Source of the DNA: Mytilus edulis
Lineage: Eukaryota
Assembly (NCBI RefSeq): GCF_963676685.1
Contig: NC_092346.1
Location: 30,566,001-30,630,000, forward strand
Length of the DNA: 64,000 nt
Direction: 5' to 3'
Shown here: piece after piece, positions 48,901 through 62,219 of the stretch
How the letters are laid out: each line of letters starts with the position of its first letter
How positions within the stretch are numbered: the first letter of the stretch is position 1
The notes under the pieces: model-generated
Databases searched by the model: none
The model's input: only the letters and a program-made list of their open reading frames with translations
What the model was told of the DNA's origin: nothing
Program-made: the position numbers and the translations under genes

Positions 48901-51578
48901 AACGTTTTTATGTTCCTTATATCCTGAAGACCCATAGTCATTTCCATAACCTGAAGATTTATGTGTCACCTGAGATCCACCACCTAAGATTCCGGCTAGA
49001 TTATCGACTGAATTTCCTGTGCTTCCAGAATTTGATACACCTACAACTTTTTTATGTTTCTTATATCCTGAAGATCCATAGATATTTCCGTAAGCTGACG
49101 ACGTATGTGTACCTTGAGATCCACCACCTAAGATTCCGGCTATATGATCTACTGAATTTCCTGTTCCTCCAGAATTCGATCCAACTACAACGTTTTTAGG
49201 TTTCTTATATCCTGAAGACCCATAGTCATTTCCATAACCTGACGATGTATGTGTACCCTGAGATCCACCACCTAAGATTCCGGCTATATGGTTGACTGAA
49301 TTTCTTGTTCCTCCAGAATTCGATACAACTACAACCTTTTTATGTTTCTTATATCCTGAAGACCCATAATCATTTCCATAACCTGAAGATGTATGTGTCC
49401 CCTGAGATGCACCACCTAAGATTCCGGCTAGATTGCCGACTGAATTTCCTGTGCTTCCAGAGTTTGATACAACTACAACTTTTTTAGGTTTCTTATATCC
49501 TGAAGATCCATAGTCATTTCCATAACCTGACGATGTATGTGTACCCTGAGATCCACCACCTAAGATTCCGGCTAGATTGCCGACTGAATTTCCTGTGCTT
49601 CCAGAGTTTGATACAACTACAACCTTTTTAGGTTTCTTATATCCTGAAGACCCATAGTCATTTCCATAACCTGACGATGAATGTGTACCCTGAGATCCAC
49701 CACCTACGATTCCGGCTATATGGTTGACCGAATTTCCTGTTCCTCCAGAATTCGATACAACTACAACCTTTTTAGGTTTCTTATATCCTGAAGACCCATA
49801 GTCATTTCCATAACCTGACGATGTATGTGTACCCTGAGATCCACCACCTAAGATTCCGGCTATATGGTTGACTGAATTTCCTGTTCCTCCAGAATTCGAT
49901 ACAACTACAACCTTTTTATGTTTCTTATATCCTGAAGACCCATAATCATTTCCATAACCTGAAGGTGTATGTGTCCCCTGAGATCCACCACCTAAGATTC
50001 CGGCTAGATTGCCGACTGAATTTCCTGTGCTTCCAGAGTTTGATACAACTACAACTTTTTTAGGTTTCTTATATCCTGAAGATCCATAGTCATTTCCATA
50101 ACCTGACGATGTATGTGTACCCTGAGATCCACCACCTAAGATTCCGTCTAGATTGCCGACTGAATTTCCTGTGCTTCCAGAGTTTGATACAACTACAACC
50201 TTTTTAGGTTTCTTATATCCTGAAGACCCATAGTCATTTCCATAACCTGACGATGAATGTGTACCCTGAGATCCACCACCTAAGATTCCGGCTATATGGT
50301 TGACTGAATTTCCTGTTCCTCCAGAATTCGATACAACTACAACCTTTTTAGGTTTCTTATATCCTGAAGACCCATAGTCATTTCCATAACCTGACGATGT
50401 ATGTGTACCCTGAGATCCACCACCTGAGATTCCGGCTATATGGTTGACTGAATTTCCTGTTCCTCCAGAATTCGATACAACTACAACCTTTTTATGTTTC
50501 TTATATCCTGAAGACCCATAATCATTTCCATAACCTGAAGATGTATGTGTCCCCTGAGATCCACCACCTAAGATTCCGGCTAGATTGCCGACTGAATTTC
50601 CTGTGCTTCCAGAGTTTGATACAACTACAACTTTTTTAGGTTTCTTATATCCTGAAGATCCATAGTCATTTCCATAACCTGACGATGTATGTGTACCCTG
50701 AGATCCACCACCTAAGATTCCGGCTATATGATCTACTGAATTTCCTGTGCTTCCAGAGTTTGATACAACTACACCGTTTTTATGTTTCTTATATCCTGAA
50801 GACCCATAGTCATTTCCATAACCTGACGATGTATGTGTACCCTGAGATCCACCACCTAAGATTCCGGCTATATGGTTGACTGAATTTCCTGTTCCTCCAG
50901 AGTTCGATACAACTACACCGTTTTTATGTTTCTTGTATCCTGAAGACCCATAGTCATTTCCATAACCTGAAGATGTATGTGTTGCCTGAGATCCACCACC
51001 TAAGATTCCGGCTAGATTGCCTACTGAATTTTCTGTGCTTCCAGAGTGCGATACAACTACAACTTTTTTAGGTTTCTTATATCCTGAAGACCCATAGTCA
51101 TTTCCATAACCTGACGATGTATGTGTGGTTAGAGATCCACCACCTAAAATTCCGGCTATATGGTTGACCGAATTTCCTGTGTTTCCAGAGTGCGATACAA
51201 CTACAACCTTTTTCGATTTTTTATATCCTGAAGACCCATAGTCTTTTCTGTGACCGGACGATGTATGTGTGCTTTGAGATCCACCTAAAATTTCGGCTAT
51301 ATGGCTGACCGAATTTCCTGTGTTTCCATTACCTCCACTGTTTCCTGTTTTCCCGTAACTGTTATCGTAACCTGTTTTACCATAACCGTCACTGTATCCA
51401 TTTTTCCCGTAACTGTCATCATAAACTGTATTACTATAACCGTCACTGTATCCGTTTTTCCCTTTACTGTCACCGTGATCTGTTTTACCATGACCATGTG
51501 TCATTTTCCCGTAATGGTCATCGTATCCTGTTGGCGTACCATAACCATCGTTTGATTTGTAGTTTGGTATTAGAGATG
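45915..51578 (-). CDS. Giant secreted Gly/Ser/Lys/Tyr/His tandem-repeat protein, exon 2 (~38 repeats of ~48-49 aa)
   Basis: 5.6-kb open frame. Acceptor ttttttag at 51579-80 is in phase with exon 1. Ends at donor GAG|GTAAGT (45915), or at the stop at 45904 if unspliced. Indels between repeats are whole codons. Confidence 0.88.
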
Positions 51579-52468
51579 CTAAAAAAAATTATGAAATTTA
51601 TAAGATTCTTATTGAGTTTGGCCGTATAAATGCTGTGATTTTATGTTTGTATTGCTTGTCCTTAACTAATAAATGCGTTGTCATCTAATAACATCTATTT
51701 CAATATGTATAAATATAGTTCTTTAAGCCGGAATGTCATAAGCGGTTGATGCTGTGCTTCAAAATAATTCAAAAATATGGACTATCTGTTTTAAACTGTT
51801 GTATCTTTCGCCGTTTAAAATGTTACATTTCCTATTAGTTTTTTGTTTGTTTACTCTTTAAAATAATTTTGATAATAATAAGTTTAATTATCCTTTTAGA
51901 ACTTTACACATAAAGCTCTATCTACTATCTAAAATAAGCATTGAGTTCTGATACCGCGATAATGTCAGTTAGACCATGCGGATTCTTGGCGAGCGAGTCT
52001 GTAAGACTGTAACGCTACAATAGAGATTCAGGGGTAATTCGAGGATAAAAGATACTACAGATTTCTGATTATTTGTATGATTTCTGGAATATCAGATTAA
52101 GATTTGAACTGCAAATGGTTTTTTTTTTAAAGATTTTATCAGAATGTTCAAAATGTTTTTATTTCTAACAGGCCTAGTATTTCCGACAGAAAATATCGGC
52201 TATACATTTTATAATGGACGGCGGCCGGGCGCCCCTTTGCCAAACAGTATCTATGTATTAACTTGAAAATCTTTTCAAATATAAGGGTGTTCTTTCCTGT
52301 GACTTAATCACGGTCAAGTTCAATTTTCGCGATTTTAGCTTTTATCGTTGTTGAGTTGTAGAACTTTAAGATGCAAAAAGTGATAATTAGATTGATTTTA
52401 GCCTTTCCACTTCTGAACCCTGTATCGAATCGTTTATGTGTTTTACTTGATCCTGTTTAAGGGTCCTG

Positions 52469-52593
52469 TGCCCGTATGCACAAAGCTACTTAAGTAAAGA
52501 TTTGTTCCGAAAGGACGGATTTTTCAACATGTCTTACGATAAATTAGTACTACGATTGGATATCTTAACTTAGTGGTTTTACGCATACGGGCA
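52469..52593. mobile_element. Short MITE
   Basis: Inverted repeats tgcccgtatgc / gcatacgggca. Confidence 0.5.
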
Positions 52594-53777
52594 GATTTGT
52601 AAAAATCATTTTCACGCAGGACAATTCGGTTTGCTGTCAATCCTTTTGTTAAATATATATTTATAGTTCTAAGAAATCTAATTTCATAAGAATCTCTCTA
52701 AGATTTAGGAAGAATCAAACCTCGTTTTAATTTATATCAATAGCCCAAGTCGTATAGATATTTCAATATGGTCACATTTAAGATACCATGTTTCCTATAG
52801 ATATAGTCCTTAAAATTTAACCAGACGCTTTCTAAATCTTACGGTCCTACACTTTTCTTATTAAACTAAAGGAACCGCGTTGAATATAAAAAAAGAAGAT
52901 GTGTTATTATTAAGTCTATCAGCAGTCACAGTTTATAACAAATATGTTTGAAACATATAGCTGTAAAATATGGCTATACTAGTATACATATCAAAAACCA
53001 GTAATCAACTTATATTTTCCAGTATAATATATATATATGTAAAATACAAAGCTTAAAACAATTATACCTTTTGTTTTAAAACTATTTTTGTTTTGATCTT
53101 GGATCAATTATTTGGTTTATCGCTTATATACACTGGTGCAAAGGGGGCTGTTATGCTTAACATGCTTAAGTGGACATGCTCGTACACTGTGTTCCTATGT
53201 AAAAAAAAAAAAAAAAAAAAAAAAAAGTCAGCCGAGCGCGAACAGGTCTTGTTTTCTTTCTTGTTTAGTTCGAATCCAAAAAGAACCATGGTATAAATGT
53301 TAAAAACATACCTTAGACTTTTGGTTATTGAGATTTATTTCGGATTTAATTTGAACCACAGTAGACACAAACCAACTCTTACCCGTACGTGAGTACAGCA
53401 AGAACAAACCCAGAACTTATTACAAAAAAATGTAAACTAAAAGGACAAATCTAATGAAGAGAGTGTAGTTAATTTTGAACATGGAACGAACTTATACTTA
53501 TTTTCTTCGTAGATTCCTCTGCAATGGAGCACCCGCGTCACACGATAGTAAAATGTAAAAACATTATCTTTAGAAAAGTTTGTAAGGGGATATATTTACA
53601 GCAAGCTATTATTTATCTTTTTAGTATACTTTAAAACAACATTAGCTATGGTAAGTCAAATAAAAACGATGTTGATAAAAGAAAAACTAAAGTAAGTAAA
53701 ATTGGTGCTCAAGAATTTACAGTGGAAATATTTCCTGTAAAATTATACATGCGTAAAGATGTATCTTAAAACCTTAC

Positions 53778-53820
53778 CTGCACTTGCTGCAAGACATGTT
53801 GCTATAATTATTCGCCACAT
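53778..53820 (-). CDS. Repeat-protein gene exon 1 (signal peptide)
   Basis: accATG MWRIIIATCLAASA g|gtaagg, phase 1, joins to ASLIPNYKSNDGYG. Confidence 0.8.
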
Positions 53821-53855
53821 GGTCGACTGTGGTTCCGTTGATCAAGAAACCACTG

Positions 53856-53863
53856 TATTTATA
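53856..53863 (-). promoter_or_regulatory. Putative TATA box of the repeat-protein gene
   Basis: Minus-strand TATAAATA ~36 nt upstream of the ATG. Confidence 0.5.
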
Positions 53864-54494
53864 CCCAGGCACACCATTAGTTGAATACACCCCTACCATT
53901 ATATTACAATGCATTTGCAAATTATGTTTACTTTACAATGGGGTTTTTACTTAATAGGAAAAAATATGCATTTGCTTTCATAACCTGATTAGTTTTCGAT
54001 TACACTTCTTTTTTCCGCCAAATTATAAAATCTATATCACATATCATTAATATGTACTAAAATAAAATCATAGGAAATTGACCCTACCTATTTTTTTCTT
54101 GATGTAGCAAACTTTTATTTTACAATTTGTTTTCACTAAAAATATATTTCTTTTAGTGCGTCTTTTTAAAATTATCTATTATATTACAGGAACATTCTAG
54201 GGTAAATTGAAATATACCAATTTATACTAGTAGATACCTATTGGAATTTTGATTTGCATTGAATTTAAATAAGTAAAAATCTAAATTCCAATAACAACTA
54301 CTTGAACTAGATGATATTGGATTTAATATATATAAACTGTAAATTTAATTGAGAAAACTTACGGCGTTATCTATAATAAAACAATTTACAATTTTTTTTT
54401 AAAAAACATGACAGACCTCAACCAACAACAACAACTGATCTACAGGCTCCTGACTTGGGACAGTGACATAAAGAAGATGCGGGGTTAATAGATA

Positions 54495-54905
54495 TAGGAA
54501 GATGTGGTGTGAGTGCCAATGAGACAACTTTTTATCCAAATAACAATTTATAAAAGTAAACCATTATAGGTCAATGAACGCCCTTCAAAACGGAGCCTTG
54601 GCTCACACCGAACAACAAGCTATAAAGGGCCCCAAAATTACTAGTGTAAAACCATTCAAACGGGAAAACCAATTAACGGTCTAATCTATACAAAAAACGA
54701 GAAACGAGAAACACGTATAAATCACATAAACAAACGACAACTATTGTACATCAGATTCCTGACTTAGGACAGGTGCAAACATTTGCAGCGGGATTAAACG
54801 TTTTAATGGTACCAAACCTTCTCCCTTTTTCTGAAACAATAGTATAGCATCACAACATAGCAAAATACACGATAAAATATTAATTGAAAGGCTTAACTCA
54901 ATCAA
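54495..54905 (+). repeat. Abundant dispersed repeat family (aagatgtggt...ccaatgagacaact)
   Basis: Related copies at ~36885, 43535, 57550, 59040-59345 (minus) and 62390-63160. Confidence 0.6.
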
Positions 54906-55035
54906 AAAATGTAAATTAACACACAATGAACGAACACACAAAGAATGTTTATGAGTCTTCAACCCACCATTAACCTGTGTTACAGCACAACATAAAAACA
55001 AACTATAAAAGTTTAAAAGTCAGTCGAAAAGATCC

Positions 55036-55587
55036 GGGGCCTGTTTATCGAAACTGTCCTATAAAGATCGGTCCTAAGAATTTCTTCGGACAGAAATTAG
55101 GGTAAAGTTAGGACCGACTCACGACATGTCTCAGCATGCACATCGAAGCTATCTTAAAATTATCTTAGCTAGGATGTCCTAACCGGCGGGGGTCCGCTGT
55201 CTTACATATTGGCGTAAAAAAAATTAGCAACTTTAAAATGAAAATGTTGTATCTTTAACCAATAATCATAATTTGAAAAAAGGATTAATAATTAGAAAAT
55301 AATGAAAAAAATTACCCCCCCCCCCCCACTTCTAGAAATCAAATTGTAGCTCCTTATAGTAAATGCAACCAATACAGGACATATGTGTTTATAAAATACC
55401 ATTCTAAATTTATCCGAAAGATAGGACCATCCTAAGACCATCGTAAGACACCTAAATTTGTATTCTAAAGTTCCTAGGATTTTCCTAACTTGCGACATGT
55501 TTGGTAAACCCACTTAGGACTAAGATATGTCATAAGTTGGTCTCAGAACACGTCCGTATCCTGTGACTGCTTCGATAAACAGGTCCC
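55036..55587. mobile_element. MITE
   Basis: Inverted repeats ggggcctgtttatcgaa / ttcgataaacaggtccc. Confidence 0.6.
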
Positions 55588-58500
55588 TGATCTCATCCGA
55601 TCGATACAAAGCAGAAAAAACATATAACAAAAACACAAACCGGACGTGCGTGACAGGGTATCTATACATCCCTTACCTAAAAAAAAAAGAAGACACAAAG
55701 TACAGATCTGAGACCACTCGCACTAACAACTAGTTCAGACCCAATAACAACTAACACAAAAATCATATATCTAAGACTAAAATATCAATCGGTACACATC
55801 CACCATCCAATGGATTTAGTGTAAAGACGTCATTTACAGTCGGAAAAAAATATGACCTTGTGCAATTCCAAAATCTACCATGAATGTTCATATGTGTAGC
55901 CTTTCGAAATCACAACCTAACAGTAGCCATTTATTTAGCTAATACCATATGGAGATTTTGTTCTACTAGTGCTACATTATTTTTCATCCACCGGTCTTCT
56001 CGTGATTACCTATCACTATGTCATCACAATTTAGTCGTTGAAAACAATAGATATGTTTTGCTAAGTACGAATGGTGCATTTTCAAGCTATGTAAAAGTAC
56101 ACAGAAGGTTTGGATCATACTAGGACACATATATTTCACAACAGCAAAAGAGATAGATTTTCTGAAAAATGAATTTAGCTCATGGATATGGCTTAAGAAA
56201 AAGAAAGGTATGATGGCTAAACGAGACAAATATCAAATCGAATCTATTTAAGAATAAGATTTTTAACAACTATGGGACGCTGTTTGTCATTCATCAATAT
56301 GCAAAATTAATTGGGTACAGTAAACAATTACCAAGAATAAGCACAAATATCTATTATCTAAAAAAAGAAAAAAAAACACAGAATAATTTATAAAAGAGTA
56401 ATAGGAATTAAATTTACCAAAAAATATTGAACAGACCAACCACCAACACCTAGCACGAATAATTCACTCATTTTCAGGAGGAGTCTTTTTTACATGTTAA
56501 TATGAGGATTCATATATATATATATAGTTATAAGGAGACTTTAATACATCCAAAAAAAATGTTTCAGAAATGAACGCCAGTAAAGGACAGATAAGCAAGC
56601 TACCAATTGATTTTAATGGGGCTAGTAGGATTAAGAAAAAATGTCCTACATTTTGTTTAGTTGTAATCTCTGTCCTGTCATTTTATTTTTCACTCTCTTA
56701 GGTCCTGCCTTTTTTTGTAAGTTTGTCCAGATTTTTTTTTACATAACTTGCAATTATCATCCTGCATTTTTTTACACAAAAGTCCTGTCCTGCCCCGTTT
56801 TTTTATCATCCTGACCCCCCCCCCCCCCCCCCCTAAAAATCAAATTGTAGCGCCATTATAAGTGCAGTCTGTACTATCTGTACTTTAAATTATATAAAAA
56901 AAAATAACGTCTGCAAAAAATAAATAATAATTCAATTATTCATTTTAAAATCTATTTCCCGCAAACTACAAAAAAACAGAATATGTTAAATAGCAGTGAA
57001 AAGTAGGTTCTTTCATTAACACGCCTCTATTTTGTAAAATTGATGCTATTATGAAAATAACAATAGATGCTCACTGTGGCAGCTTGTTTATGGACAATGC
57101 TTATTTGTATTTAACATTAAACTGTTTGAAGAGAGATTAGCCATACTTTGCAACATGGTTCTGTTTACCCAAAGTGTTGTTCGATAAAACAATTTTTCCC
57201 CTAATTGATCCGTCCAGCATTTAAAAAAAAAGAGCACTTTTCAAGTTAATAGTACATGTATGAACTTAACAAAGTTTCCTTAATAAGCTTTCATTTGTTC
57301 TTTTATTTATTTTAAATACATATTTTTGTTATTTAAGGAATGAAAATATATTGTTTTTAGTGTGTTTTTTTATAATTGTTAACTTAAGTTGCTAGAGCTA
57401 AAGACATTGGTAGATTATTTTAAAATTGCTAAATGACTAAATGAACAAACTATGACATTTGACAGATGCCGATGAACCGTCATTCTTCAATCATATAGAG
57501 TGGATGTACATATTCAGATACACCGTGAATAAAACTATCACAAAATAAAAAGGAGATGCAGTTTGATTGCAAATAAGACAACTTTCAACCCAGTTTAAAT
57601 AAAGTGGATGTAAGCAATTATAGGCAACCTTGCGGCCTTCAACAATGAGAAATTTAAGCATGGAAATTTCAATGGTAATGCCTGTTTCTTCATTTTGGAA
57701 ACGATAAAAGATTAAAATGCAAAGTGTTTTTGTTATTTTTGATTAAACGTCCAATCTATTGGAAAATTTAATTATAGTTCGATTATGAATGAATACATAA
57801 GATAATATTTTTCTTCTTAAAAAAATCAATTTCTATGCTGCTAATTATATACTATATCTATATGCCAGCTCTTATGTTAACCCATATTTTATTTGAATGT
57901 CTTGTATTGTCCATAACTAGCTAGGTAGATTCTTAGAGTAACTAGCACTGATTGAATGTTATTGAAGTTGACATTCATTCGATTATCGGAACAGGAATTC
58001 GCGTGGCAACAATCAAGCAACGTATATTTATTAGTTTGATTAGAGCAATTTTGTTGAGACTATTCCGATAATAAAATTAATGTCAAGCAAAACAAATTAT
58101 AATAATAAAAGATTATAATCTATATATCAAGGAAAATCTGCATTTTTGCTTCAAAGTGTTCAACTTCGTTTTAAATAAACCGTTAGCGAATAAAATAATG
58201 ATAGTTTCGATCTATATTGTGTCACTAATTTTAACACTAAGTCAAATACTTCTTGTACCTCGTTTGTGTAAATCGGCTAATCAGACATTTTGATGTTGTC
58301 GAAATTTTAACTGTTTCGATTGTTTCAATTGCCAAGTACGTGTATCTTCACAAAGCGATATCCATGTTGATAGGAAATATGAAAGTTCGATAACATATAT
58401 GCTATAGTTCTGACAGTGCTTGCTCGAGTGGCTTTTTCTTTTTACAATACCTATTTCCAAATTTTTTTTAATGTAGTTGTTGCTTCAGTTTATCTCTCGC

Positions 58501-60023
58501 AACTGATTTGCTGGTTATATATTTATATAAGCTCATAGGTTAGATTGAAGGTCGTTACCACCAAATGCAGTATATTAATTGATTAATAGCAACTGGTACT
58601 GTGTAAGGACAAATTATCTTTTGAAAATGCACAGATATATGAAGCAACAATTTTTCTGACGGATCTACTATCTGTCGATACCTGTATCTTGGCAATGCAC
58701 AGGTCATGTTTCTCCGACTGTTTATGACGTCTTTGCACTAAATCCATTGGATGTTGGATGTGTACTGATTGATAATTTAGTCTTAGATGCTTGATTTTGT
58801 TTTATTAGTTGTGAGTGGCTTTGAACTAGCTGTCAGTAACTGTGAGTACTCTAGCATCAGTAATAAGTGTCTTTTTGTTGTTGGGATTTACAAGTACCCG
58901 GCCACGTACACTCTGTTAGATGTATTTCTATTTGTATACATCTGATGCGTTCAGCCTTTTTCAACTGATTTTTATAGCTCGTTCTTATGTTGTACTGTTA
59001 AGGCTCTGTCCCAGGTTAGGGTAGGGTTAGGATACTCCTAACATGTTTAACCCTACCACATTCTGTATGTATGTGCATGTCCAAAGTCAGGAGCCTGTCA
59101 TTCAGTGGTTGTCGTTTGTTGATGTGTCAAATATTTGTTTTTCATTCATGTTTTGTACATTAATTAGGCCGTTAGTTTTTTCGTTTGAACTGTTTTACAT
59201 TGTCATTTCGGGGCCTTTTATAGCTGACTATGCGGTATGGGCTTTGCCCCTCATTGAAGGCCTTGCGGTGATCTATAGTTGTTAATTTCTGCGTCATTTG
59301 GTCTCTTGTTGAAAGTTTTCTCATTGACAATCATACCACATTTTTTTTTTATATATATAAGTAACCGTTCGGTCTTCAATAATTAGCCAAAAAACAATGC
59401 ACTAGTAGCAAACGATAAACGATATTTACATGACTTAAGGTAAACAATTCAGACGAGAAAACCAACATCCTGAAAATATGATATTTTCATAACCATGGAA
59501 ACAACATTTAGTTTTTACTGATACAATATCATTAGGTTAGAATTCGATAGATCAATGTTCTTTGCAAAGAACAATTAGGTGCTCAGAATCACATGTCATT
59601 CACATGATCAGGGTTTTGACAATATCTTTTTCACGCCCTTGTTGAAACTAAATTATTGCTTTTCATTGAGGCAATTCGCTAAACTTCTTCACCAGTTGAT
59701 CAGTTTGAAGAGTTGTATTCAAACTGCAAATTGGTAAAGCAAGTAAACAATTTATATATTTTGTAAGGTCAGACGCTTTCCAATTTGGACAGTAAACATA
59801 TACTTTCATTAAATCAGAATTAAAGGTGAGTTCGTGTTTGTCAATCTTTAGTTTTCTGTGTTCTGTTTTGTGTAATATTGTTTGTATTTTGGTCGTTTGT
59901 TTGATTTTTTACTATGACATTGTCATTTTTGTTTTGACTTGTGATTTTGAACACCCCTTTGGTATCTTGCGGTTCTCTTTTATAAATTAAAAGTAATAAA
60001 CATTACGGACAGTACAATTTCTT

Positions 60024-60439
60024 TTATTGCGCTATGAGATAGCCAGAAAATGAACAATATAAGTCACTATCACTGTGAACAGTATAGCTACCACGAGACT
60101 TAACTGCAACTTGGTCTCCTTTCTTCAGATTTAGTACAATATTGTTTGTTCCTGTCTTATGTCTTGAACCTAGCAACCATGTGCTCTGTTGTTTGATATT
60201 ATTAAGGGAAAGGTAAACAATCAGGTATTTACCATCACCAGTAAAGACTGTATAAGAAAACTGATAAACTCCCGCAAGAGGTGCAGTAAAAATACCAGTG
60301 GTTGGATTGTAGCCATTTCGTATATTGGTGACAATTTTGTCAAACTTGATAGCATCATTAGTTCCAAGAGATTGTGGTTTAGTCAGCATTGATGAAAAGG
60401 CTGGGATTTTGTTCCTACTCAGACACTGACAGACATTGT
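60024..60439 (-). CDS. Secreted globular C1q-domain protein (C1qDC), exon 3
   Basis: PAFS...IKFDKIVTNIRNGYNPTTGIFTAPLAGVYQFS...VLNLKKGDQVAV...SFSGYLI; ttttag acceptor, phase 1. Confidence 0.93.
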
Positions 60440-61030
60440 CTAAAATAAAAAGAAAACAATTTGGCACATTGAAAATTATCAGCATTGCTTAAATTGTTTA
60501 CCTATTTAAGAAGAATACTATTATCGTCAATATTATTTAGGCTTTCATTTATATATATATATATCAACTCTCATGATAGAACTATGGTTGATTGGGTAAA
60601 AAAAAGAAAGAAATTATCATAAAAAACAAAAATGGAGTATAAAGAGAGATAACATGCTGCATGAATGTGAAATCAAAAATGTAGTGAATTAATTAATGAT
60701 ATTTAAAATTGTTTGCATTCTACTAGCAATAAAATGAGCAAGCTTCGTTAAACATAGAGTTTTTTTAAAGGACATTTGCTGCTCTTTTTAAAAATAAAAA
60801 GCTTTTTAAAGGATTGAGATAAATTAATAGTATATAAATTACGAAATGAAAAAAGCAAAAAAAATAAAAAGAATATGAAAAATACATGTCCTTGTTTTTA
60901 AGATATAAGCATTGAAAGTTTGTCGGGAAATTATTCTACAGAAGGGAAAATTTTATGCATTTTTACTGCGCCTAAATTGTACAATTGCAATAAAATATTA
61001 ATTATGAAACTTTTTAAGTATGAAACTTAC

Positions 61031-61084
61031 CTTGACCTTTATGTTTCATTGCCATTTCTAGTAGATTACCAAGAAGAGAACACT
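61031..61084 (-). CDS. C1qDC exon 2
   Basis: tttttag|ECSLLGNLLEMAMKHKGQ|gtaagt, 54 nt, phase 1-1. Confidence 0.8.
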
Positions 61085-61716
61085 CTAAAAAAAAAAGCAA
61101 TGTGTCATAAAACTAATAAATACTAGACTCCGGTTGCTGAAGTTTCTCTCGCTGCATTGAAGACCCATTGGTGGCATTCGGCTGTTACCTGCTCTTTGGT
61201 CGGGTTGTTTTCTTTTTGACACATTCTCCATTTCCATTCTCAATTTAAACATATGTGCAGAATATTTTGTAAGTATACAACTGAGTTAAATGCATTTTTT
61301 TGTCTCTGTCATTATCCAAAATAGAAATTATGTTTTATAGTATAATAGAAAAGCATTTTTTTATTAAACAATAGTGCATTGAAACGCTAATAAAGTTCTG
61401 GTTGAATATCTTACATAAATACATTTGGCATCAAGTGGAAGAACACGAAAATAATCAGAAAGAAAACAAAAATACAAAAAAGAAATGAAATTCAGGGCAA
61501 GATTTAATACCAACATCGTAACAACAAAGGATAATGTACAAAAAGGCAATTTCAATTAACAAAAAATAGAAAAATTGTCAGTTGTTGCTTCAAAGGGGTT
61601 GACATCCTTTTTCTCATGTAGCACCCTTCACATAATTCGAAAAATTATTACATTGGACAAAGGCAATACCACCGTATAAAAGTACTATGCTATCACACCT
61701 TACACCACAAGGATGT

Positions 61717-61871
61717 CAGGTCACCTTCCCGTCCGGCTTGTGACCGCCGTCCGAAACTGGTCGTGGCGCTCTACCCGAGGAAAGTGCACTCGTCGACGAC
61801 GGCCGAACGCCTGGTGGGTCTTTACGGATCCGCCGCCGCCCGACAACGACAAGTTGAATTCCCCGGGCCGA
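61717..61871 (-). pseudogene. 28S rDNA fragment (D2 expansion region) in C1qDC intron 1
   Basis: GC-rich island. Minus strand reads tcggcccggggaattcaact...gtgcactttcctcgggtagagcgccacgacc...ggaaggtgacc, which I recognise as molluscan 28S D2-like. Confidence 0.7.
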
Positions 61872-62137
61872 TGGACCAACATTGATCCATCATATGTGTA
61901 GTTATTCCAACAATGGGCCAACGTTAGACATATATAGCATACAACCATACAACGTTGGGACAACGTTGGGCCATCAGGTTGTAACGCACTATTGGTTCGC
62001 TATGTACTTATACATTACTTAAGCAACCGTGCCAAAATAATTGGGTTTTAAAGTTGTTGTTGGCAGTTATCGATGAAAAAACAATATTTTGTTACTAGTA
62101 TCTTATATGATAAAAAAAAAAAGTATAATTTATTTAC

Positions 62138-62219
62138 CTAATTTTGTGTCACATGATCCAATAACCATTTCTGCAAATAACAGCATGGTAAGAACGAAGG
62201 TGCAGTATGTAAGCTTCAT
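62138..62219 (-). CDS. C1qDC exon 1 (signal peptide)
   Basis: MKLTYCTFVLTMLLFAEMVIGSCDTKL g|gtaaat, with TATAAAA ~50 nt upstream. Full protein 183 aa. Confidence 0.82.

Noticed and set aside
45915-51300. ILGG-X repeats match the adenain cleavage consensus, suggesting a link to the Polinton
   Set aside because: Expected by chance in a Gly-rich repeat. The protein is secreted and no protease is encoded here.
45915-51300. Amidated neuropeptide precursor
   Set aside because: The dibasic sites follow Tyr (GYKK), not Gly, so there is no amidation signal.
53068-53195. Possible extra exon of the repeat-protein gene
   Set aside because: Stops in all frames, and exon 1 already splices in phase to 51578.
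61713-61963. GC-rich short ORFs on both strands
   Set aside because: Explained by the 28S rDNA fragment.
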